This document shows positions 48,550-60,057 of a DNA stretch of 64,000 bases, piece after piece. Under the pieces are notes generated by a model. That model saw nothing but the letters and a program-made list of their open reading frames with translations. It was not told the DNA's origin and ran no database searches. Made by a program: the position numbers and the translations under genes. The stretch is from the NCBI GenBank assembly GCA_907165135.1, contig OU015569.1, positions 6,000,769 through 6,064,768 on the forward strand, given 5' to 3'. Source of the DNA: Oikopleura dioica (Eukaryota > Animalia > Chordata). Numbering within the stretch: the first letter of the stretch is position 1; each line of letters begins with the position of its first letter.

Positions 48550-49800
48550 ATCGAGCGGTGGCGCGGTTATCGAAGCGACCGTGCCCGTGCTCGAGCCCCT
48601 CGACCCTTCCCTACCCACCCTGTGCTGCCAGAGCTGCCGAAAGGTCCTCTTCTGCGCTTCGGAGGGGAAGAAAAATGAAATTTTCGCCGCGCACTCGATC
48701 ACTACTCAGCTTGAACGGTCAGCGGCACGTTTTTTCACTTTCCACGTTCTTTCAACATTGTAAGTTTTGGGATAAAGAGCCTCAGCCGTCCCGCAGAGCA
48801 GAACGGCGACTACCGGGTGGTGTCACCTACGTCGGGCTTTGATTGGGTGGAGGAGCTCAGACTTGCGCGACCAGTGTTGAACGTGCTAGCTGCTGATGTT
48901 CGTGCGAGGCCGGAGGGCCGAGTGCGCGCAAAGCACCACGCTGAGGAGCGTACACCACCGCCCACGCGGCACCTACACATAAGGGAGCAGTTGGTGCTCA
49001 GGTACCTCCACCATCACCACGCCGCCCAGCACAAAACATCGGCACCATAAGCACCACCGCCAAATTACCGCACCCAAAGTACTAACACAAGTACCACTTG
49101 GTGCCAGCAGCGGCACTACCACCAACGCCCGCCCGAGCTCTACACACTTCAACAACTTCGAAACTCTCTTACATATCTCCTCTTGGCAGTTCATGGTCAA
49201 TGTCAACATGAACAAAATTTCACTAATGGGCTTTCATTTTCTTTCTTTAAATTTTTCCTCCCGCAAAATAGAACCAACCAAAACATCCTTAATAGAACTC
49301 ACTCTCGTTTCAATTTCAGTCAAAATTTTTTAAAGTTATGCTCGCATAGAACTTACTCTAAGAAGGTAGCTGAATGGTCAGATGTTTCGCTGACCTTTGG
49401 GTTTTTTTGTTTCACCACTTCGGAAAAGTCATCAAGTTTCTCTCAAGGCGTTCAAACTGATAATCAGACGCGATTGTTGTTTTCGTTCGATTTTCTTTCG
49501 ATTTTGGCTTTCTCTTGGGGTGTTCTATGTCTCTGGTGCTCGGACTCTGGCGCAAACAATGAAACTCTGGCGCGACAAGTGGCCGGCAGCTCTCTGAGGC
49601 ACCAGCAGTAGCAGGGCGGTGGTGGTGGTGCTGCAGATAGCCGGATAGTGTAGAGAAGGCTACGGCCGGCCGAGCGGCGCTCGAGCCCCACCATTCTCTT
49701 CCTCCGGGCGGGGAGCACCACTATTCACTATTGAGGAGAGCCGCGCCGCACCCGCGCCACCGTACTAAAGCGGTGGCAACCAAGACCCTCCGCCAGTGTT
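48550..49800. other. GC-rich non-coding block with repeated GCTCGAGCCCC motif (~48590 and ~49680) and local hairpins; no convincing ORF
   Basis: ORFs on both strands are low-complexity (Arg/Pro/Ala/His-rich). There is a hairpin cgcgccaccg-tactaaag-cggtggc at ~49750. The flanks on both sides are AT-rich. Confidence 0.35.
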
Positions 49801-52800
49801 AACCTAGCCCACACCGCGGAGAACTTTCAACGAACTTTCAACGCGAAAAATAGAACTTGTCCATTTAAGGCTGCACTGGTCACCCAAGTTAAACTTGGAG
49901 ATATTTCATGAAGCCTCCATGAAAAATACTCATAATTCATCACATTTTTATTTTAATTTTCCTTTTAAAGCTTTCCATTAGAAAAATTTTTGTTCTCAAA
50001 ATTTTCTAACATCAAGAAAGAAAAATAACATTTTTGATATTCGGAGAATCACGCGCTTCACGAATATTTTGTGGCGCCGCGAAATGACATTTTTGCGGTC
50101 GACGAAATTCACTCTGCTTGAGAGACTTCTGGATCTTTAGTGAAATTTTGAGGAATCAATCCGCGCTCAGGAATAACCTCTCAAGCATCACGAAATAGAC
50201 GTTTTCGATCAAGACAAGGTCAAAGAGGGGCAAACCAAATTAGAACTTGTTCATGCGCCATGTTCTAGCTTTGACCGCGGGAGATTACGTCCTGTCGCAA
50301 TATTTGGGCACCAGATAACACCAAGCCGCGAAAATGAAACCCATGCTTATCATTCAGTCTGCTTGACGTCTCCAAGCCTACCTTTGTTCTGGTTTCATAC
50401 GAAAATGCTGCCACCAAAATACTCTTGCAACGCACGTCTTTTTGCTTTTCTGCACTATTTTATGTCTCTGAATTATCTATTCTGTCGGTTGTAATGTCCT
50501 CTATTTCGCACTCCTGGACGCCTGGTAGCCGACGTCATAAAATGTTTTACGGTCATCCTTAGCGTAATGAACATCACAAGGAAATAATTATTTCGGAAAG
50601 GCAACGTTTATTAATATTGAGTATCACTTCTAGCGGCTGCCTAACCTTACGCGGGAGCCAATTAGTGCCATCATCCATCAAAATTCTTATGTTGCCTTAC
50701 AAGAAAACCTTTCACATTTTTCACGTTTTCACTTTTCGCCGCCTCACAAATAAATTTTCAGACATTTACCTTAAGGTATTTCGTGCCGCCTTCGCTGACG
50801 CCGTACGTTTTACTCATTCCAAGATCTCTCTGGCTTTCTGTTCTTCTCTTAACTTTGGGATTCACTTATTTCTTAATATTCTCTTCTCGCCTTGCCACGC
50901 TTAACCGTTTTGAAGGGTTTGGCTTTCCTGGGCGCACTGGATGAATTAGCAACCGTAGCGAACCGCGGTTTATCGCTCCGTTCAATTAGCGATTATTCTT
51001 CGCGTGCACCACCGCCGTTGTAGTCATTCTCCTGCTTTCTTTTTTTGCTTTTGAACTTTTGACACGGCTCCAGAATTTAGACGAGTGATGAATGGGTTCG
51101 CTTGTCAAATAATAAAATTATCGTCAGGTAGAGACAATCACGGACACCCGCCGAGACCTGATAAATGCAGGCTTATTAACGAGGCAATAGCGCTAATTGG
51201 TAGCTACGTAGCTGCAAACAATAACAATCTCTGACGTTCATATATATCACCTTGTTAGACTGCAAGTTTATTACGCACCTTTGCTCTGCTAACGTATGAT
51301 TATGCTATCAGTTAGAAAGCACCTTCTGCAACTGATTTGCAGCAATAGAAATTCAATATTTGCTTGTATCTTCCCAACACGATCGAGTGAGAAGAAGTCA
51401 TTACTTCGAGATGAGAGAGAATAGCTCCAGCAACTCTTTGATGGGCAAGTGAAACGGTATATATAAAGTCTAGATGTTGGATGTTTACATCAAACAAACG
51501 TAGTCTCGTGTCACGAATTACGATTCGCGGATTCGGGTTTAGAATGAAAGTTGCATTGTAATCAGCACAAACGCGCGACTCTTCATGCCTAGTCGGCATT
51601 AATAGCACATACCACTGTTTGCACCAATATCAAATCTACCAGAGAACTCCCCAGGAATAAACCCGGCGTAGTGGTCCATTCGCTGAATTTAAGCAAACTC
51701 AATTCGCGGAGACTCAACGATTGCTACTTCTAACTCCAGCTTCTTTACTTTTCCTTTTCTTTCTTCAATTCTCGTCGCATAATAAGAAAAAATTAATAAA
51801 CCCTGCTAAAATTGAATGAGCAATCTTCCTTGATTTCAGCTATCTTACAATTATCAGAATGCTAACAGCTTACTCCTACAAAACATAGCATAATCAATTT
51901 TTCCTTTTTTACTTTTTGAAGACTGCGTTTTTCTTAATTGGCTTAGATTATTTCTCGTGTCTTATTTCTGAAAGTAGCTCTCAATTTGTGGTACAGATTC
52001 TTCACGGGAAATTCAGAATGAGAGAGAAAAAATGTAATCTGATGAATCTACACCACAATATTGATCTAGTCAGCTCCAAATGGAAGCTCAGTCGACAATT
52101 TGAAATCTTATATTTTCTCGTTCGCGTTTAAGAAAGTCCAGAACACATTTTTGAATGTTAATTTATTGAGATGAAAAGAATACTTGAAATTGAATATTTT
52201 TGAAAGTGAGTTGAACTTGAAATTGAATTTAAGAAAGTCTTGGTCGCTTGGAAAGCGCCTGATGAGATGAGGTAGTCCGTTTTAGCGTGTTCTAAATTAG
52301 AATGTCATTATTTTCTGAAACATTTGAGGAGCTGTTCCCTTCTTTGTAAATATTTTTGAAGAGCGCGAATGAATCATTCAATGTCTTCCAAGTAATAAAG
52401 TATTTTGATTGTTACCTGAACAGGCGGTGGTGGTCGACTAACTCGAGGAGGTTGCCGCGTAGAATTATCAAGCAAGGGCAGTTGCTGGAAGTTCTTACTC
52501 GGTGGTGGATCCCCGAACGCCATTCCCTCCTTCTTTCCCGTTTCTTTCTCTCTCTTGCTCGTCGTTGTTTTGAGTTACCACAGACGCGGACGTTTGTGTT
52601 ATCTTCGGATCGGAGTACAACGAAGCCGTTTCCTGTTTGTTCTTGTAAATATATTTTCTTTTTCTTTCGCGGATCAGCCGCAGCGCAGTCGGAGGCGACG
52701 GCTTTGCGCGACACGGCCAATCAACGAAAGGAAAAAATGAAAAAGCGAAATTGGACTGATCCTGCGCGTTTTGGGGACGGTGCCAAGAGTGAGCTCGCTC

Positions 52801-53510
52801 AGCCACGCAGCTCACGTTTGACTAGTTTTCTCTCTTTATTCTCGATTTTGTCGAAACTTTCATGGCGGCACTTGGATTCCCCTAAATTTTAGCACCTACT
52901 CGTCAAAAGCACGTAGATTTATTCCCAGGGATTAAAGTCCACCTTGAAGTTCGGCAGCGCCTCAAAACCATTGTTTTGTTGCCTGAAAATGTATAAGTAA
53001 TAAATAAAGTATGAAGAATTTATTTCATGTAAGAGGCTTAAACGATATAAGAGATAATAAGAAAAGGATATGTCTAAGCTACTTGATCTCATTGTCTAGT
53101 TATAGGAAACGTACTTATTTTAATCTCCAAGAACAGCGCGAAAATCCATAGGCTTAGCCGCCAATTTGCCGATGCTGTGACTTGAAACCAGTGAAGTTTA
53201 CCTGCTCGAACCTATTTTTTTCGCCAAACTGGTTTATAGTTGTTTTCGGTATTATCGAACTGTTGGTGTTCACAAGTGTTTGCGACAACAGTACAAGGAA
53301 AAGAAACTCTTCGTCACCGAATGAGTCTTCTGGTCTAGATGGGCTTTGATTCTGCCGAAATAAGGATATGGTGTGCTACACGTGAGGACGAATTAGGCAC
53401 GCGCGTTTACTAGCAGATGATCGCAGATGCAGTTGTCGTTTCCCTCTTTATAAGCGACGCCGAAATCGGAAGAAGTATCATCCAGTTTTCAACGCACTGA
53501 TCTGATAAAG

Positions 53511-54300
53511 ATGAAGTTGTCCAGTCTTCTCATTCCTTTGGCTTCCGGTGAGAGACTTCCACTAACCACTTTTTTAATTTTCTAAAGCATTCATGGCGCT
53601 CGATCCAGAGATAACGACTTTGGAGCCACAGCTAGAAATGGAGACACAAGCGCCTACTGGCATACCGGCAACTGATGAATTCCATTTCATCGATGAGCAA
53701 GCTTTCTTTTCCTCTGAATCAACAACCAGTGAAACGACTGCGGCGACAACGACGCTCTACAATAATGACGGAAGTAAGAATTGAAACTCTGAATCTTTGT
53801 TGATGCCAAATTTTTCTTTCAGTTGTTGGCTTGAAGTTCGCGGGGGGCGGAAAAGGAGGTAAGAAATCTAAGAAGTCCAAGAAAACGCAAAAGAAGAATC
53901 CACAGAAAGAAAACGCCGTGGAGAACATTATGAAAATTCATGGAGATGAAGCGGCTCCAAGAAAAGATCACAAATGCGGGAACATTCCCTTGCCAGAGAT
54001 CAAGGTACCTAATTTGTGAAATACTCTTATCAAAAAGGCATTAAGTGCGATGATTGTGAACAAGGTTACCCGCGATATAGAAGACCTTGCGGAGGACCAG
54101 AGGAAACAAAGGGTGTTTTTAAATGCCGAATAGAGTGTGGACCAGGTTTCAAAGTTTCAGGTAAATAGGTCTAGTATTCGCCAGATGATCAGCTCTTTTC
54201 AGCCGGATCTCCAAAGAAGATGAAATGTCTTGGAAAGCCTAACGAGCCAAAATTCTGGAAGGTACGACCGCAGACGCAAGGACACGTGATTCAGTGCGAA
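53511..54300 (+). CDS. Small secreted Cys-containing, Lys-rich protein, about 5 exons
   Basis: The signal-peptide exon reads MKLSSLLIPLASG followed by gtgaga. Later exons read …ETTAATTTLYNNDG; …KFAGGGKGGKKSKKSKKTQKKNPQKENAVENIMKIHGDEAAPRKDHKCGNIPLPEIK|gtacct; DDCEQGYPRYRRPCGGPEETKGVFKCRIECGPGFKVS|gtaaat; …KKMKCLGKPNEPKFWK|gtacga. Confidence 0.35.
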
Positions 54301-55143
54301 CGAAAATAAGAAGAAATGAAGTAGTTCCTCGGCAATTTAGACGGGGAGCAACTAAAGCCGATGACCCTTCTACATTTTTCCTTGTCTTTGTATCAATAAA
54401 CTCACATTACCTTGATACGTGAACAACAATTACTTTCGTGCAAAATTACAGAAAAAATTAAGCGTCTCGCAGACGCCGACGGCGGGAGTCGAATCAACCG
54501 CTCGGATTGACCAGAACGGAGCGATGACGGTTATAAAAAGCCAAAGCTTGTCAATTTACTCTCGATGTAGATTGTTAAGTTTACAGAATTATGTCTCAGA
54601 GATCTACGTCTTCAGCTGATATCTATTCTGCGGGTAGCTTCTGGGATCAGTCTTTTGGATCGTATTTTAAATGGAAAATCATTTATATCATTAATTTTGC
54701 CGATTCTTATAAAATATTATTCAATCAGCCGAAAAAATACGAAAAAGACCGTTTTGCACTCAGCCCTGTCAATGAAGGAATAGACGAAAACAACAACTCC
54801 CAACAAGCGTCGCAACATTCCAGGTTTATACAAAAAAAAGTAGTATAACTTCAAGCGGCAGAATCTACCCTGCTAAAATAATATTTACAATTTTCTCTTT
54901 TTCGATAGCAATGAATCAATCTTTCACACATTGTCAATTTGCCATTTATTCGGCTTTTATTTAGTCAACGCGACACAATCGACGATTTTGACCGAAGTTT
55001 TGGAAGGTTTATGAATTTTTCCTCGCGAATAACAATAACCAACAATTAGTATTTCATAGTCTCAAGAAACTTATAAAACCTTAAAAGGCTCGGAATACTT
55101 CGGAAGTCAGAAAAAAGAACAAACAGAAGAAGAGACACCTGGA

Positions 55144-55730
55144 GTGAGGTATCAGAAAATATATGATCTAACGATGTCCGTTATGGAACGTTACAAAGGA
55201 CTAGGAGTAGTTCAACTTGGACGTTCTCGTGCTAAAACGAAGAAACTTAATGCTTTGATTAGTCCATTGGCTGCCGCCAGCCAAGAAAAGCAATTGAGCC
55301 AAGAGGAAGTGGAAGAAGTTGTAAGAGCTCGACCATGTTGCATGCAGTTCGAAACGATCATTGTCAAGCAAGAGAACTTCGGCCCTTGGGAAGGTAATGT
55401 TCAGTTTTATTAATTAATTCAACAAGTTATTAATTTTAGAAGGGAAAGGACCGTGTACTTTCCACGAGTTCTATTACAAGAGATGGCATGCAATGATCGC
55501 TGAAACAGCGCGCGAGCGAGAGCTTCGGCGCGGGGAGTCACCTTACCAGCGAAGCAAACGAAAGAAAAGAGAAAGAGAAGAACGAGAAGCCGTGGCGAAA
55601 AAGAAACACGCTCCTTTTCATGTGTACGACCCAGAAGTATACAAAGATAAGACTTACGTCCTTCCTCGTCGAAATCAGGCTGAAAGAAATTTCCTCCCTG
55701 TAAATGACGGTTCTTTTTTCTTCTGGTAAA
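55144..55730 (+). CDS. Conserved-looking small basic protein (two exons joined in frame), unidentified
   Basis: …VRYQKIYDLTMSVMERYKGLGVVQLGRSRAKTKKLNALISPLAAASQEKQLSQEEVEEVVRARPCCMQFETIIVKQENFGPWE|gtaatg joins in frame to EGKGPCTFHEFYYKRWHAMIAETARERELRRGESPYQRSKRKKREREEREAVAKKKHAPFHVYDPEVYKDKTYVLPRRNQAERNFLPVNDGSFFFW*. Confidence 0.4.
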
Positions 55731-55879
55731 TTTCTTGAATGTAACAATTTTTTCTTATCAATAAACTGTTGAAATAGAAGTGCCGCGTATATTTAATCAA
55801 ATGTACAAAAGCAAAGTGGAAGGGTCAGTTGATATTTGTCTAGTTTGGCATCGACTGAGGAAGTGTGTCACTGACAGCT

Positions 55880-58800
55880 TTACTGGGCAACGACGAGAAC
55901 TCGTGATTTGCAAGTGACTTGGCCGTGATCGTTCTCGGCAATGATAGTGTACAGACCTCGGTCTTCCATCATACTTTCTTCTACCCTGAGCGAATATGAG
56001 TCGCCTACAATTTTCTTGGTCAACTTTCTCCATTCAAAGTTTCTTACCGTCTTCATCAAGATAGACGCCAACTTCGGGATCGGCTTCGACATCGTCTTGG
56101 CCCAAGAGCCAAGTGACTTTGTCAGCGCCAGATATCTTGAATCCATTAGTTTAAAATTTGAAATTAATAATACTATAGTTTGAAATTAAATGTATCAATA
56201 TTTCAGTCTCTTACTTGTACTTCTATTCTAAAAGGATCACCCACAATGCATTCCACTGTTTTAGCTGGAGGTTCTATTATTTGAGGTCGTTTTGAGGTAT
56301 CTGGTGAAGGCGACGGTTCCTTAGCCGCTGGGGGCTCAGGAGAGGCAATTTTCGGAGAATCTGTCTTTTTCTTCAAGGTTTCTCGGAAGTCTTTTTGCTC
56401 AGGAGCCATCTAAACGAGGAATTACTCCGCTTCGAAAAGCAACTGGTCTTGCCTTTTTCAGATCCTCTTGTTCGAGAGTCTTCGTGGAGACCTTCGTTTT
56501 TAATGACTTTCTGAAATCAACTTGTTCTCCTGTGTGTGCACGAATTTCATCTTGAGTGAGAGCTTTAGTTTGGACGCCTAAAGCAAAAATGAGTTTCAAA
56601 GAGCATTTTCACGCATTTACTATTTTTAAGCTGATTTCTGAAGTCAATTTGTCCTGCTTTACTGGTAGGCTTTGGAGCAGGTGGTGTCTTTGTTGATTTC
56701 TTCAACAGAGTTCGGAAATCTTTCTGGCCTGGCTCAGGCTCGACGGGCTCGGAACGGGGAGGAGCTGTTTTATTGGTTTTGAGGTTGCCACGGAAGTCAT
56801 CCGTGTTTGAAGAAGCTAGGATTTGATTAGCGAGTTCTATTAAAATCTGAAGAATTTGCAAATAACACTGTGGACTCTAATCAAGGCTATTTGTTCACCT
56901 GCTGAATTTCTTACCTTCCTCGTTTATTATGATAGTGAATGGGCAGGTAAGCTCGGCGTTAATATTCTGGGCTTTCACCTGTGCTTTCCCCTTTTCGCTA
57001 GCCTTCAGGGAAGCAATCTCCAAAGTGTACTCGATGACGTTATCCGACTTTTGGGCCTCCTTCAATGTGTACTCAGATGATGATCTTTTGATTTCCTTCG
57101 ATTGAGTTTTTAATTTGTCAAGGTCAGAGTTTTAAGCCTAAAAATGAACTCGTTCCTTATTTCCGAGAATCCAAATAACTTCAGGCTTGGGATCCGCCTC
57201 GATTTCGCATTTAACGGATACTCGATCTCCAATATTGACGGTGCCATTAATTTTCGGTCGAACATTAAATTTGGGCTCCATTCCAACCGGGACCACCTTA
57301 ATATTTCATTTCTCGTTTCTCAAAGGTCGCTGTTTACCTTCAGCTCTGCGCTGCATGATAACGTTTCTTGTGCATTTGAAATTTCGATCTTGTAATTTCC
57401 TCCGTCATCTGGGAAAACTTCCTCGAATACGAGCGAAAAAGTTCTTTGGCTTCGCTCTCCCTCTGACTCGAGTCTGAACTCAGCGTCATCGGAATCGAAG
57501 TTAATTTCTCCAAGTGGCCCAAACCACTTGATAGCATCCACGTTCGACGTTTTCACGCTCCATCTTACGCCAGTTTTACCTTTTAAAATGTTAGTTTTTG
57601 TTAGACGGAGTAAGTTACCATCGTCTACTTTGAGATCTTGAAGAGGCTCAATAAAGGATAAACTCGTTGATGGAACAACCTGCTCGTGATCTGTTTCTTC
57701 TTCTTCAACTGATGGTTCTTTCAATTCTAAAGAGAAGCTCTTCATCGCTTTGCCTGCAGAATTCTGGGCTTCGATTGTGTAGCTTCCAACATCATTGGTA
57801 CCAAAGTTCTAAAATAGGATATCATTTTCTAAAAAGTTTTCAGTGAAAACTGATAGATTTATTGAAGCTTGTTTGGCTGTCCCTTATTCAGCCATAAAAT
57901 AAAAGCCCCATACCTTGATTTTTATCACACTTGATCCATTGTCACTGGTTGATTCAATTTTTGCATCCTCGAAAAACCAGGTGACTGTGAAAAAAAGGTC
58001 AAAAAATATTTTAGAAAATTAAAAAACCTCTAGGTTCTGGAATACCATCGAAAGAGCAAGCCAAATCGATACTTGCACCGGCGTGTCTAGTTTGGTTATC
58101 TGGGTAGTTTGTGAATGATGGTTTTACTGGCTTTTTATTAACAGTCACAGTTGCGGTTGATTTATCAGATCCAGCTGAGTTGCTTATCTAAGTGAAGGAA
58201 TAAACTCGTGGAAAATGATAGTATCCTACTTGAACGGAATATCTCCCAGCGTCATCTTGGCTAATGTTATCAAGCTGCAATCTTGGACTGCTGATGCTTA
58301 GACATTTTTCGCCCTTGAACCAGGAGTATTCTGGCTCCGGATTGCCACTTGCGGCTACTTCAAGTGATAAGCTGTCGCCTTCTTCCGCTGTCGTTTCATG
58401 CAGTCTCTCAGTAAAGTATGGGGCTTTCGATGCTGATTTTAGATTAAAATTAATCTTGTGTTCCACTTCTCCGCCAGGGCCGACAAGAAGTAGCACCGCG
58501 TAGTTTGGCGAATCTTCAGATGCTTCGTATTCTACAAATCCGGAATGTCCATCAATTGAAGCGGTAATTCTCTGTTCGTCTGTTACAATCAATGTCGCAT
58601 GAGTTGCGTTCTCAGCTGAAAATTCGATTTGCACAAGAGATCCAATTTGACAGTCAACTTCATCTGGCACAGATAAGAGCTTAGGGGGTTCTGCTGACAT
58701 AATAACGTCAACTCGGCACTGCGATTCAGATGTTCCAAATTCATTCGTTACTTTTACAACATAATCGCCCGAATCCTCCTCGTTGACGTCTTTCAGAATA

Positions 58801-60057
58801 AGCCGGGTGAGGTCGTCATACTTATCAATAATAGTCATGTTTTCATCATCGGCTTGGAAGACCTGATCGTTGTAAAGCCAATTAACATCGTATCCTGTTG
58901 GAGAATTGACATTTATTTCGAGCTGAAGGTCATCTCCTTCTTTTATGGTCATATCTTCTAATTCTGAGATAACCGGAGGATTTCTTACTTCAGAGTCTTC
59001 TTCCACGCCGTTTTCGTAGGTTTCATTGGCGCTTTCTTCGACAGCGACTCGCTGTTCTTTCGTCGATGGCTTTCGCGATCCTTTTCTTCTGAGAGTACAT
59101 TTTGTGAAAGAAGAACCGCGAGAGTCCTGAACGGAAGCGACATACTCCCCGAAATCATTGCTAGTGACCTGCCGAATACGAATTTTAGCGAGTTGCCCAA
59201 CTTGGCGAATAACAGTCGAACTCGGGAGTGGTCCTTCGTCAAGTGTCCATGCCACTTCGGCTTCGCTATCGAACTCGCATTGGAGCATTATGTATTCATC
59301 GATATCTGTCTCAATGTCTTCGAGTGGCTGTAAAACTCTAATAGCACTTTTAGAAACTGGAATTTGTTCCTGTTTTTCTGCTTCTTCATCATCGTTGTCG
59401 GAAACGGCGGACTCTTCACTAACAGAAGGACTCTCTTTTTCCTCTGACTCTGGCTCTGGTTCTGAGTCAAGTTCCTGTTCTTTTTCCGGCTCTGGCTCAA
59501 GAGATCTTTGTCTAAGTGAAGCAGGACTTGATTCTTTTGACGAATTTTCCGAAGATTCATATTTTGGTGTTTCATTATATTCGACTGGTTCTGGCTCAGG
59601 GACAGACGCATGCTCAGGAGCTTTGAATCTTTCCTCCGTTTTGAGAGGAGTTGAGGAATGCACAGGCTTGGGAGATTCCTTGATTTCCGTTGTTGTTGTA
59701 TTGCTTGGTGTGACATCTTGTTTGACCCGCGAGACTTCTGAGCGACGCCCCGCATGTGTTGATGGCTTTGGCAGAAATCCAACAGACGGGAGACGCGGGA
59801 CCGCGCCTGCAGGTATCGTCGGATCGACTTTGACTTTAAAAACGGTTTCTTCCAGTGCAGACGACGGTTGTGAAAGGTCTCCTGTAAAACCACCAACTTC
59901 TACAATGAGGTTGTGTTGTTGGCGACCTAGAGGGTTGCTCGCTTTCAACTGGTATCGTCCTGCGTCCTCTTTGGTAACATTGTTGATTGTTAGACTGTAA
60001 GTTAGGTCTTCGCCGTTAGACTCAATGGAGATACGATCCGAAGCTTCAAGTGCGACA
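55880..60057 (-). CDS. Large muscle-type immunoglobulin-domain protein (titin/kettin/MLCK-like): Ig I-set domains, acidic PEVK-like linker, a DFRxxL repeat array and a C-terminal Ig domain; N-terminus probably extends past 60057
   Basis: ORF 58188..59948 contains Ig domains (…GEKCLSISSPRLQLDNISQDDAGRYSVQV; DFGEYVASVQDSRGSSFTKC) and an E/P/S-rich linker (EPEPEKEQELDSEPEPESEEKESPS). Exons 57320..57745 carry Ig/Fn-like sequence. Exons 56203..56861 carry at least five DFRxxLK motifs (DFRGNLK, DFRTLLK, DFRNQLK, DFRKSLK, DFRETLKK). The terminal exon 55880..56146 reads …YSLRVEESMMEDRGLYTIIAENDHGQVTCKSRVLVV (Ig) then stop. Confidence 0.7.

Noticed and set aside
59158-60000. 280-aa plus-strand ORF, and the overlapping alternative-frame 59288..59896 minus ORF
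   Set aside because: Both are shadow frames of the Ser/Glu/Pro-rich linker exon of the minus-strand Ig protein. Their serine-rich, low-complexity translation is a typical antisense or off-frame artefact.
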